In this document: positions 25,008 to 37,460 of the stretch, in pieces
Numbering within the stretch: position 1 is the first letter of the stretch
Layout of the letters: each line of letters begins with the position of its first letter
Source of the DNA: Tubiluchus corallicola
Taxonomy: Eukaryota; Animalia; Priapulida
Assembly (NCBI GenBank): GCA_030141605.1
Contig: JAQGDQ010001037.1
Span: 1-64,000 of the forward strand
DNA: 64,000 nt
Direction of reading: 5' to 3'
Made by a program: the position numbers and the translations under genes
Notes under the pieces: generated by a model
Database searches by the model: none
Seen by the model: the letters and a program-made list of their open reading frames with translations, nothing else
What the model was told of the DNA's origin: nothing

Positions 25008-26054
25008 TCAAATTAAGAACACAACTCTATAAGCAACAGATAACTCTTGAGAAATGTTGTATCTGGTTCCTGTACTGTACCGGTGTTCCCACTACCATGT
25101 CTAGCTTGTTTATCAGACTTGGACTCCTTAGTAACAAGTCTATCCTAAATCATAAGTTTATACACTGTCTGGACTTTTGGCTAGGGTTCTGTTATTAATA
25201 ACAGACGGCAAGGTCACCTACAGGCCAAACAAACATTTCAAAACAACAAGTTCGCAAGAGCAAATGCTACAACACGCAGACTGCACATCATTAAATCTTA
25301 TAAAAATAATTCTTATGAACGAATTGACTACAGAATTTCCAAGTAGAACCAGGTGTGTTTTTATGGCTATTTCTGAGATCAGAAATTTGGCTGCTAGTTG
25401 GGAAAATGTTGTTTCACTTCATGCTGACTCAGCACTTTTTTCTGTTCAGAATATAAACCAGCATGAAAAATGCCAGCATGCTCGTGTAAAATGTATGAAA
25501 ACCAGCAATGTTATGCTGTCGGGAACAGTGGCGCCACGTAGTTAACATTAATGGTGGTACTGTTTCAGAAAATTTTTTAGCCAAAATTTTTAATACTGTG
25601 TAAAACATAACAAACATATCTAACTTTAATGTTGTAATTTGTAATTGTAATTCTAAACAAACAAACATAAGAAAATTTATACTAAAGAATGGCTTAAATT
25701 GCCGGAGCCAGAATATGCCAGTACATGGTTTTTACGCACGCGACAACTGACAACAAACTGTGTGAGCGACAGTACATACTCTGCCTAGCAGCAGACGCTA
25801 GCAATGCAGCATACAGACATCTCAGACATGTGCACATGGACGTATATTGGACGATTCTGGATATATAAGTCAGTCTATGTCCAAATAGTGTCCTAACTCC
25901 TTTCTTAACCCCTCCTAACTTAATTTTAGTGCCACTGAATCACTGATCTAAAATAGTGGTTTCAAGAACTAATAATGACCATCAACTTCCAGCAATAATG
26001 CAACTCATGCAAGAATGCAAAGTAAACCAAACACTTGCATGTTACAAGAAGTAT

Positions 26055-26225
26055 CATGCGTGGCAACAGGCTGCACGTGGCATGCGTGGCGACAGGCTGC
26101 ACGTGGCATGCGTGGCGAGAGGCTGTAGGTGGCATGCGTGGCGAGAGGCTGCACGTGGCATGCGTGGCAACAGGCTGCACGTGGCATGCATGGCAATAGG
26201 CTGCAGGTAGGCATGCATGGCGACC
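26055..26225. repeat. 26-bp minisatellite, about 6.5 copies (CATGCGTGGCAACAGGCTGCACGTGG)
   Basis: Tandem units starting about 45 nt downstream of the exon 4a donor. Confidence 0.9.
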
Positions 26226-26269
26226 TGCTGCAAGCACCAAAGCGGAAATTTCGTGCCAAAATGGTTCAC

Positions 26270-26475
26270 CGAGAAAAGTGGACAGCGCAGACAGATCGCC
26301 AGCGGTAATTTGCTGCACTTCGTCGCTGGTGTGGCGACCGATGCCCTGGCCCCACAGCTGTTTCCGAATGACGTGACGAAGCATGAGTGGGAGTATCCAC
26401 AGTTTGAAGCCAGTGTAGGGCATGATACTGCGTACGTTTGTCAGATCACCAGCTAGGGAACAGTAACACATGGTC
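26270..26475 (-). CDS. FAXC: FAXC exon 4a (WTMCYCSLAGD...GQGIGRHTSDEV...GDLSALSTFLG)
   Basis: ccctag acceptor and G|gtgaac donor, 206 nt, phase 2-1. QGIGRH and DL.ALS.FLG motifs. Confidence 0.88.
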
Positions 26476-27020
26476 CTAGGGAGAAAATATATTGTTGGTA
26501 TTCTCTGCAATCTAATTGTCTATACAGACAAAATTATATACCATGTGTGTGCTTGCAAACCAAAACCGCCCACAAGTCGGTATAGTTAAAATTGTGTTAT
26601 GATGCTTCAAAGTAGAATGCACTAAAAATTTGATCAAATATCGATTTTTTGTTTTTTACAAAAACAAGCGCTAAATAAAATATATGTAAGATTAATCTTT
26701 TGTGATGATTTTTAGTGTTTAGGCCATATTTTTTCAATTATGGTAGTGAATTTTTCTATAAACTTCTTCACGGCTTTCTCCACTGTCTCCATTTTCGTAC
26801 TCGCAAATTATTTTTGGACACGTCATTTTTTTCTTATTTGCTCAATGAACATGTCACTTTAAATGCATTAGGTGGTAATGAATTTGGAGTTATAACTAAT
26901 TTTGAGTCAACATAGCGGAACTGCACAATGTCGAGGTTTGGCAACATTCTTACTATAATTAACACTACCATCACCACTGCCACGAACCAAAACCACTACT
27001 ACGTATACTACACTACTTAA

Positions 27021-27553
27021 AGGAAAACCGAACGATTGCGTAAACATTAGTTCAGAATAAAGAATGCTCTAAAATATTGAAAACGGCAATAGCCTTTTTT
27101 AAATCAAGGCTTAGAATAAATAATAGTTACCTTGGATACTCAAATTTTGTTAAACTTTCAAAGTTGCGTGTGGCTCAGTGAATCTACTAAGATTGGCAAC
27201 GGTGCCTTTTTGTCACATGCGCGTGGTCGACAAATAAAAGACGGTACCGTGATAACCACGATCATGAAATGTAGTGTCAGTTTCTGATGTCATATGATGT
27301 AGAGCCCACTTTCGTGACATCACGTATTAAGCAGTAACACTTATGCAAACATGCTTGACATGCAAGGGAAGATGCCTATTATTGCACAAACTGTGGTTAG
27401 TTTCTGACATAAGCAATAGCTGTGTTCGGTTGCCGTTAATTAACTTCCTAAGCTAATTATTCAAATATAAGAAATAATTGCTAACTTTTATAGGCAAGAA
27501 AATGTATATCTTGGACAGTAAATTAAAATGAGATGAAATCGTCCGGTTTTCAT
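27021..27553. mobile_element. TTAA-type (Kolobok-like) element family K1, copy 2
   Basis: TTAA-AGGAAAACCGAACGATT...AATCGTCCGGTTTTCAT-TTAA. Confidence 0.8.
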
Positions 27554-27793
27554 TTAACTACACTAATAATTACTACTACTTAATTACAGTACTACATTTT
27601 TCTCTACGTTGCACATCTACAAACATCAGCCAGACCCTGACCCCCACCCCACTACTCGGCAAAACAAAAGTATGACAGCTAAAGACCCGAAATGTCTCTT
27701 TAAAACATGTCAAAGTGCTAAATTGTAAACCAAGACTTAGATGTAGCGAGATACTGCTTAGATAAATCTAATGAGTTTTCTTCGTTGCCCTAC

Positions 27794-27990
27794 CAGTACA
27801 AATTCTCCTCCGTCATCTTCTGGAACGCTCTAGCGATCGCTCTCTCCTCTTTTGACAAGTGCTTGTTCAAATCCACGTCCAACTTCTCATTGAGGAAGTC
27901 AATGCAGAATTGGGAGTCGGCAATGTCTTCCCCATTGTACGTAATCCAGGGAGTCTTCCCCTTTTTTGAGAACCCATCACTGTGGTCATT
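27794..27990 (-). CDS. FAXC: FAXC exon 3 (NDHSDGFSKKGKTPWITYNGEDIADSQFCIDFL...ARAFQKMTEENLYW)
   Basis: tctag acceptor and TG|gtaggg donor, 197 nt, phase 0-2. GK.PW and DS motifs of the GST N-domain. Confidence 0.92.
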
Positions 27991-28607
27991 CTAGACAAAT
28001 GGTTTTTGCAAATTAAAAAGTTTACATTCCATAATACAAAACTACCCAGTTTACAAGTATTATACCAAGGCTTATTAATAGCTGAATCAATTATTTCAGT
28101 GCAACACAAATAGCTCACAGTGGCTTAACTACTGAAGTTAAGATAGTACTGAGTCTGGTCAGTAGATGGATGGTTGAACCACTCTGATTTTCCTTCTGGA
28201 TGGTTCTGTTCACCGTGCTGATCTGGGCTGTTCACTTTGCAGAGGTAGGATGCATACACAACCAAATGTGACAGGCACACCACCATTGGTTCGGTGGCTC
28301 GTCTTAGAGGCATAACCTGGATAATTAGCTAGGTTCTCGTCTCGCCATGACCATATAATTTGAACAGGAGTTCAATCAAACAAAAATTTGCTTAAGAATT
28401 GTGTACAGAAATCACAGCTAAATTGTGCTCGTTGGATGATGTTTCAAATGTTTTAATGACAAAGAACATATGCAATTAAAGAAAAATTGATGAAACTTAT
28501 AATCATCTGAAGCGAAACATAGCCAGCATATGTGACAAGGTGCAACGTTTTGTAAACATTTTCTTTTGTTGTCATCAGTTGTGCAACTAGCCTCACATGA
28601 ACAACTA

Positions 28608-28814
<207 letters not shown>

Positions 28815-29170
28815 TTAATTTTTTTTCTAAGTACGAGTAAATGATTTAGTTCAATACCTATTTTGGGCGATGTTGTTCTTGACAATGAGCCAGGCTTCCA
28901 CAACGCCTACTTGAATGGGCCCTCCCTTTAAGTGCTTTCCACCACACAGGAGTTTGAGAGTTCTATATTTTTCAGTTCAAAATGTGCATCATATTGGAAA
29001 TGGCTGCTTTTAAATAGTTGCCACGTTTTGATTGTCCTTCGCTATTTTTTGCACCATTATACATGCATTTATCTACGTCCATATCAGGTTGAAAACACCG
29101 GTTCTCGTCTGATAGGAAACTGTAGAAAAATTTATCTTACTTAGTAGAAGCCTGCCATTTGTATACCCAC

Positions 29171-29250
29171 CTCATGCGTTTATATTGTTTGAATGCAAAA
29201 AATGAAATCAGAAGTGCAGTCGATACGAATAAAATTTCAAAACCAGCCAT
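29171..29250 (-). CDS. FAXC: FAXC exon 1 coding part (MAGFEILFVSTALLISFFAFKQYKRM), N-terminal membrane anchor
   Basis: ATG in GGGATGG context, then a hydrophobic stretch and basic residues. Phase-2 donor AG|gtgggt, with an alternative in-frame donor AA|gtaaga at 29141. Confidence 0.75.
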
Positions 29251-32200
29251 CCCGAAGCCTTTGAAAAATAACAAAAATACAGCACCAAAAAATAAAGCTC
29301 TAACGCAGCTAACGCCCACCAACGTTACGGTTCTGCTAATCCGATGCAGACAACCAAACTACTTGAGCTGTGACTATGATCTGCTAGCTAAAATAAATAA
29401 ACACATGTGTGAACCGCAATGGAAAAAACTTATGCTACAGTAAATATGTGATAACTCGCCACGACTCACTTAAGGTTTGAGTTATATTAGTTCAACAGGT
29501 ACATTCACGATTGCTGATTAGGTGTAATAGTTGGTATGGGTTACTGTCTAATAGTTTTAGGTTAACATCAACACCCACATCGACGTCCAACAGCAATAAG
29601 AATGCCTAGTTTACATAAGACATTGAAACTGGCTATTAATTGTGCGAAGTTGTTAAAAAAATTGATTAATATTACTTACAGTTCTGTTCCGGCCAATGTG
29701 CAAATAATGCAGTTAGATATGTCAGTAAGTGTTTACAAACCAACAACCACAGCAATATAATAATATTAATTAATTAAAGTTTTAAATACCATAAAATAGA
29801 AAAAAGTCGTAGTACATGTTCGTATTCAGTGTATTGCAAATGACAGAACATGGGCGTGTTAATACAATGGTGTTGCGGTCAAGTCTCAACTCGATCACAA
29901 CCCGACACGATTCAGCATGTCCTTTGTTGTGAAATAAACTGCATTGGTTCAAATTTTCAAAATTTTTCAACTTTTTGACAATCGTTATGTCAACCTAATT
30001 ACGATGCACCCAACTTGAAGTGTTTACCCTAATCTTAATTTAACTTTCAAATTTAATTTATATCTTAAAATATGCCTCTGAAGTGGTATTGAGCAAGTCA
30101 ATTACAATAATAATCATTATTTTACTTCAGCTTACAGTGATGTGGCTGGGGGTTCATGCATATAATGGATGTACAATGGTATTGCAGGAAATAATGGCTT
30201 AATTGGATCTTAATACCAAATTTCATTTTTGTCACTTCAGGTTCATTTTAAACTTTTATTACTGATAGCGGATAGAAACAGGGAAACTAAACCTTATTAT
30301 TCTTTGGTTCGGCTGTTATTTAGTGTAATTACAAAGATATCTTACGCAGCAGTAAAAAAAGAAAAACTTAGCAGTGATGAGCATAATTTAAAGAAATAAA
30401 GGCATCACAGCACTTCATACCTTATCTGATCACGAGTAATTTATATGACGATGGCCTATACTACAAAGTGAAAATTGTAGTTGAAGTTTTTCTTACAGCC
30501 AACAAAATGGGGAAAAAATTTAATCAGAAGTTTTCTGTTGGCAATTAACATATTTTTCGGAAGACATGTAGTCTATCATTCATTCTAATTCATTTTCGTT
30601 ATTTGCCATGTAACTTTATTTTTATATCTTACAAGTCCTCAAATCTGAATTAGCCCAGGCTTCCCATGGTCTAAATTCAGCACTGAATTAAAGGAGTTAG
30701 TTCAAGGAAAGCAGCAAAATAAGAAAAAATGTGTATTAAGCCTATTTAAAGCTACGATTACTGGTTCCTTTTATATTATATGTATATTTGGCACCATCTC
30801 TATGATACGTACTGTGCAAAATCGTATTGTGTATTTTTCGCACTGCAAACCTACAATGAGCGTTTTTGTTATTTCTAACATAATGCTTTTGTAATTGTTT
30901 AAAAAAGTCGAGCTTTAGACCATTTTTAGCCTACCGTTACTTGTGGCTGTGGGAGTTAGTCTTGGAAATAACTGCGAATAGCTGTTAGCTCACTTTAAAC
31001 GTTTTCATCTATTGCGCAAACAGTCAACCGATCGCCTTATTTATTGGCAAAAGGGAGAAGCCAAGAATATTTTTCTGTGATTAAAATAGTGAGACACGAG
31101 GTACCTGCTTTCGCTGTAAATATTTTAAATTTTCGTTTGCTTCTACGTATTCCTCGTTAGAATCGCGAATAGAAATTTACTATACTTACGTTCTTTTTGA
31201 CTTTATTATCGCCTCATACCTCTGGCAAATTTCTGTGCGCAGAACCGACGAAATTATTTACGTAATGTACGCATAGTTGGCTTGGCCGCATACTGTACAT
31301 CAAAATTGGGCGTTAAATCACCAGTTTTAAAGTGATGCTTATGCTACAAGTATAATTGAAGTTGGATGTATTATGTGCGCGATTAAAATTAAATGTGTGA
31401 ACTGATTTGTTTCGTACATTCAGCTAGAGGGGTGTGGTAAGACGTACAGTTTTTCAGTGATTTGTGTGACTGGCTTTACCGGATAGATTAGGATAAATTC
31501 TAAAAAATGGGTAAGTAGTGCCTTCTAATAGAATAGGATAGTTAACTTTATGAAAACTGCCTGCTCATAACATCTCTGTTTTGGGTGGTAAATGCACTCA
31601 GGGATTACAAAACCTGTACTGATAATGAAATTTTGCATATTTTTACTGTACTAGTGAAACAGGGGCAAAAGAATTTTTTGCCATAAAGCAAAAGCCTAGT
31701 CTCTCTGGAAGTTGAGCTTATTTTAATATTTGGGGCAAATGTTAGAAGGTTTCAGCAACAAAATTGTGATAAGCATCTCGTGTAATTAGTAAAATCAATT
31801 TGGAAGACAGGATGATTTTTCAAATACTACCCCTTTTCAAGTACAGTAAAAAAGTATACATTTTAGAACAATTGATACTGCGAAAGAGTTCCTGATAATT
31901 AAATAATAGGTTATAAACTTAATTAACGGTGGGCGATCCTCAACTGTTGATGACATCACAAAGTAATATAATTTTCAAGAGCAAAAATATTCCACGAGCA
32001 TATTCAGAAAAATGAAAATTGGTACAAAATATTTAGTACAAACGAATATTTGTACTAAAACTAGGCAAGTTTTAGGATAAAAATTCAGATTTCAAACTTA
32101 CCGCTGTGCTCACGCATTAGTTGTCGAACTTGTGTAGCTTGTCACAAACTAACACATCTGAACTAAGAGGTACAGCACGTGTTTTTTTGTGCAATGCGCT

Positions 32201-32539
32201 TCCGACATGCAGGCACTAGTGTTCATCTAACTAATGAATGGCGAAATGCATGTATATGCGAAGAACTAGTGACGCATATGTGAAATTGTGTTTGTGTGGT
32301 AATAATTGTTTCACATAAGTCATTTTTGAAAAAATAGTTTCTTTTCAATATTTTAAAGAATAAATTGTATTGACCTACAGCTTCAAATTGCGTCCGGTTT
32401 GGAAGGGGGGTTTGCTGTAAGCAATTGATAGGAATTGGTACACAAATATAAAAAAAAATTATGTACAACCTAAGCTAATTTAAGGCAAGCTTTTTCAATG
32501 AATTTTTTTGCATATCAATTTCATCTGTGTTCACTAGGC

Positions 32540-32670
32540 TTGCGGTGTGTACATTTTATTACAAACTTTGTTGGGTTTGGTTTGAGTGTCTCCCTGGCTC
32601 CCCTCTGCTCTATTGTCACTGATTCCTAAAATTCGACAGTTTCTTCTGGACCTTCTTGAATATAGATGCA
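32540..32670 (-). mobile_element. Possible degenerate LINE ORF1 fragment
   Basis: The translation YSRRSRRNCRILGISD resembles the RSRRNNLRIxG(I/L)PE motif of L1-type ORF1p. Confidence 0.35.
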
Positions 32671-33092
32671 ATAATACTTGCCCAGTAAATTCAGTTTTAT
32701 GTCCCTTAGGCTTCTTATCTGTGGTATTCTTTCCCAGAAATTCTTTCCTGGGAAAATAACACAATAAAAAACTCACTCAATTCAGAATGAATGTCATTAG
32801 GAACAACACATACCTTCCGTCACTAGCATTCTTGTTCGTAGGAATTCTTTTTCGCTGTATATGTATTTATTTCGTCTTCTTTGCACTTTTTCTTGTTTAC
32901 CAATTAGTGGCCTATGGCGTTTGTGTGACAATTTTGTTGATTTATATTGAGTTCACTGCTCCATCTGACCCTGACCTCAAAGTTTGCATTTAGCTGACTC
33001 TAACACTTGGTCTGCCTGTATCTAATCTAGATTGATTAGATGTTCGATTGAGAACAGCTGTGCATTGGAATGTTCAACCTAAACGTGTGAGA

Positions 33093-34404
33093 GGAGGTGG
33101 AGAGATGTTACACATTTACGTGTATAGTAGGCTACTGTGCTATCATGAAGCCACTTGTGCACTTTAGCCCTCCAATGTTTGAGGACATGAGTAAGTGTAA
33201 TTCGTGTGAAGCCAGTTCCCTGGGAGTGCTTGATGTTGTTGTCATGGGTCAATATATTATGCTGTTCTTTCAGTTTGACTTCTTTCTATTTTACTTTATT
33301 CAGTGGTGACGATGATAAAGAACAAAAATGGTGCTGCTGTTGCTGCCGCTGATGATGATGGTGAGATTGACGAGAATGATGGTGGTGATTCAGATTCTAT
33401 GACGACGACGATTATGTTGATGATGACATCGATAATGAGGATGTTAACGATGATGGTAATGATGATGATGCGATGATGATGGCAGTGGTGAGGCTCGTGG
33501 TTATGAGGTTGATGAAAATGAAGGTGATGATAAAGGTGCTGCTGACCGAGGATGATGATGATGATGATGATGGGACAATGATGGCAGTGGTGATGCTCAT
33601 GCTGATGAGGTTGATGAAAATGAATGTATTCATAAAGGATCTGATGACTGAGGATGACAATGCTATGGTGGTTATGGCAAAGATGTTATACAGAATATCA
33701 ACTAACATGGTGTGTCCACAGTAAATAACTGGTCCTAATTTACTAATCCATTCATCGTGCCGCACATGGAAAACAGGATGTGCGTGATGTCGTTCCGTCC
33801 AGGAATTTTCCAACTTTATTTCTGTTCTTTGTTTCTACCAAATGGTCAGTTCATTTCTCGTGCTGCAATTTTAAGGCACGGAGAAACGAAATTTCTGTAA
33901 AGAGGGTTAAGAGGGCCTTGTTCATCCAAAATTTCTTTAAAACAGGGCCATGAAAGTTGGATTTGGAGTCATCAGCACCTTTATCATCACCTTCATTTTC
34001 ATCAACCTCATCAGCATGAGCATCACCACTCCCATCATCATCATCATTACTATCACTGTTAACATCCTCATCATCGATGTCATCATAATCATCATCGTCA
34101 TAGAATCTGAATCACCACTATCATTCTCGTCAATCTCACCATCATCAGCAGCAGCAACAGCAGCACCATTTTTGTTCTTTATCATCGTCACCACTGAATA
34201 AAGTAAAATAGAAAGAAGTCAAACTGAAAGAACAGCATAATATATTGACCCATGACAACAACATCAAGCACTCCGAGGAAACTGGCTTCACACGAATTAC
34301 ACTCACTCATGTCCTCAAACATTGGAGGGCTAAAGTGCATGAGTGGCTTCATGATAGCACAGTAGCCTACTATCCACATAAATGTGTAACATCTCTCCAC
34401 CTCC
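33093..34404. repeat. Inverted duplication with arms at about 33093-33550 and 33967-34404
   Basis: The arms are near-identical reverse complements (mirror ORFs MERCYTF... on both strands) and include a (GAT)n-rich tract. Confidence 0.92.
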
Positions 34405-35031
34405 TATCCAGCATTTTGGGGACGTTGACGATTTGGCACGAAACGTAAATAGCATCTTCGTTTCTCGTGCTTACTACGCATACATTCTTCACTGGTTTCA
34501 GTTCCAAGGGAATAAAATTTAGCAGCATTTTTTACAATTCAGCGATGCTTAGTCTTTAGTCTTTAAATTTCCGCAATCAAATCCAGCAGCTGATTCATCC
34601 CCGATGATTCTCCGTTTTCATCATTGGTACGATTGATTCGTGTCTCAGTTAATTAACGAGATTTGAGTTCTGGCGTGATTGTATTGGCGTTAATAATTAC
34701 GTTAGATTATAGCCGTGTTAGGAAGTGGAGAAGTTGCGATTTCGTCAACAGTGCAAATCATCAGCGCTTCACTGTGATTAGGACTTGGGAGCCAGTCTAT
34801 GTACTGCAATCAATAGCTATTGTCTCTGTTTTATTGATCTATACTTGTACGCTAGACTTTTTAAACATTTCCAAGCTGTTGTTGCAAGACAATAGGTTCA
34901 TTAAATAAGTCGAATGGACTTATTCCTTATTCCTATTCCTTTGAAAGGATATATAGAAATACCTCTGAAAGTTCCTCCTTTAATGCAGTGCAACCTGATA
35001 TTTAGATATAGGGTATCTGTATTTAGAATTA

Positions 35032-35050
35032 CATACACACACACGCACAC

Positions 35051-35097
<47 letters not shown>

Positions 35098-35123
35098 TAT
35101 ATATATATATATATACATATGTA
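35032..35123. repeat. (CA)n(TA)n microsatellite
   Basis: Seen directly. Confidence 0.95.
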
Positions 35124-35512
35124 TGAAATTTCATAATGAGTGTATGTGGCATAAAACTATGTTTTGTGAGCTAGCATACTTTTTGAGACAAGAGGAATAG
35201 CTGAATGGTTTTGGCACATTGCTTAGCAATCAGAAATAGGTGAGACTGTTCGATGAATGGATGAGTGACCAAAGTGTTTTTCTGGCTATTTAACTAATTG
35301 AACGATGGTGTATTGAGATCTCATTGTGATTGAGATACCTTTGCTGGTTCAGTGTCTCATCTTGCATGATAATCCTTGACAGTGAGATAGATTCTGGTCC
35401 TTCCACAAGCATCTATATTAAACAGATATTGCCTTGTGGACTAATGCTTAAAAACACAAAGTTACCAAAGCTGTCATTTGCAGAAAACTACTGTAAGTCC
35501 GAAAGGTGCAAA

Positions 35513-35576
35513 TGCCTCTGTGATGTAATGGTTAGCTGCCTGAAATGCAGAAGGTCTGGGTTCGAATCCCAATGAG
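35513..35576 (+). mobile_element. tRNA-derived SINE head or tRNA pseudogene
   Basis: A-box-like TGATGTAATGG and B-box GGTTCGAATCC, but no complete cloverleaf. Similar heads at about 45120-45160 (-) and 52097-52165 (+). Confidence 0.5.
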
Positions 35577-36024
35577 CTGAATAATTTCCAGTTTTTTTAA
35601 CTTACTATTGTTTTCGTTGGATTCATAATTACTGTATAATAGAAAGTATTGAAATGCTATAGGATTGTGCTGTAAAGTGAAATAGTTTGACTGAGCTGAA
35701 ACACAAGTCAATCGAAAACTGTATTGTTTCTCTGCAGATCTTGTACAATTAGCGAGTATCGAATAACTTTGTGGTTTTAACTGCATTTCTCACGGTCATG
35801 TTTTGTTGTGGAAGTTTTCTTATGACCTGTTTGTTTAACATCTGTACGTAGCATAACGGAATTCGAACAACTTGGAGGCGTGCTGTTACACGGGGGGAGG
35901 GAGGGTGTTTGTAGCTGTGGTGGTTGGGCGTAGTCAGGCCGCTTTGTTCTTTCACTTGTTTGTCCTCAATATCATATCGAATCCGTGTATCGAATGGATC
36001 CGTATGGCTCTTTCAAAGACAAGA

Positions 36025-36684
36025 AAAGGGGTACCTGAAGTAGGTTTCAGAAAAATCGCCTTAAAAAATTGTATTACTTTATAGCAATTTTATGCGTATA
36101 TCGTACTCGCACTGCAAGGAATTTTAGTTTGTTTTCATTTTAAATCTCCCGCAATACTGTTCCGAAGTCGCCATTACATGTGCCATGTGCCAAACTTAAA
36201 TCAAGGGAAGAGAAGGCAATATTAATTAAATTGTCTCAAAAGACTTCCCGTGCAAATCTATATTACTTAGATTTTCGCTTACCTGCTAGAAAGACTTGTG
36301 TAATTAGAAAAGAATATTATTAATTATTTAAAATGTTTTCACCAATTGGTAAAATGTGGCTGACTCACCCTCGAGGGTGCTCCACTCACTAACCAAAAAA
36401 ACGTATTTTTAATCTTATTTTAAATTTTATTTAGTTAGTGACTTGTGCGCTACGAATGCTCTGATTATTTTTTCAAACTTTACAAAATGTTATCTAAATT
36501 TGTTTCAAACGACTTACCATTAAAATGGCTGCGTATAACGGTCATCGCGGGAGTTTAAATTTACATGTTTTATACAGCGTTACTGCCAAATGAAGTCCTG
36601 CATGCAAAAAGGCAGTACGTAAGTGATATAAAATTTCAAATCGAATTTTTCAAGCTTTATGTTTATGAAGGGTTTTCTAATGCT
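36025..36684. mobile_element. TTAA-type element family K3 (reverse copies at about 53490-54147 and 56335-56996)
   Basis: Shared end GGTACCTGAAGTAGGTTTCAGAAAAATCGCC and shared internal sequence. Confidence 0.8.
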
Positions 36685-37019
36685 TTAACCCAATGGTCGC
36701 TAACAAGACCAGCATCCAATCTGGGTAGTTGGCTACAGTACGACATGCGAAAGTATTAATACACGTACGTATCCAGAGATATAGAGATCTCAATTAGCAA
36801 TTTTGTAGTGATAGAACTATAGACGCTATCTGTTAACGTTATAGTTATTACTACAAGTATAATGTATAATTTAATCTCTTCCCCCACTTAAATTTGGGTA
36901 CGTATATATGTATGTCATTGTATATACAAGTAAGCAATATGGTGCATTGTAATACAAGTATGTGGTGCATTGACTGATAATCACATAATTCATATTCGTA
37001 ACTATTTAAAAAATAATTT

Positions 37020-37460
37020 TTCACTCATTAAGGCTCACTCAAAGTCGTAATTACATATTGTGTTTTCCTTTCTCAACTTTCAGGTTTATTGCTCTTATAC
37101 CAGTGCTATTATTACATCATTTACTTCATCCTTATTTACATTAAGTTATCTACAGAAGCACGCATAACTATAATCATTTTTTCATTTAAGTAAGGTGAGT
37201 GTGTTAATGACCGTATGGTCGTACACTCACCTCGCACTACTCAAATTATTACATCATTTAGTTCATCCTTATTTACATTAAGTTATCTACAGAAGCATGC
37301 ATAACTATAATCATTTTTTCATTTAAGTAAGGTGAGTGTGTTAATGACCGTATGGTCGTACACTCACCTCACACTACTCAAATTATTTTATTTAAAGTTT
37401 ATTAATGTGTTTGATATTGTATTTTTTGATGTGTGAAATAAAATTCATAGTTCATAGTTT
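37020..37460 (+). mobile_element. Non-LTR retrotransposon 3' end with an internal tandem duplication of about 140 bp; inverted copy at about 50050-50290
   Basis: GGTGAGTGT...ACACTCACC hairpin, AATAAA and a (TTCATAG)2 tail. Confidence 0.65.

Noticed and set aside
33097-34400. Pair of similar 70-aa ORFs on opposite strands as duplicated genes
   Set aside because: They have non-ATG starts and no recognisable domain, and are explained by the inverted duplication.
35513-35576. Functional tRNA gene
   Set aside because: A and B boxes are present, but the acceptor and anticodon stems cannot be formed. Treated as a SINE head or pseudogene.
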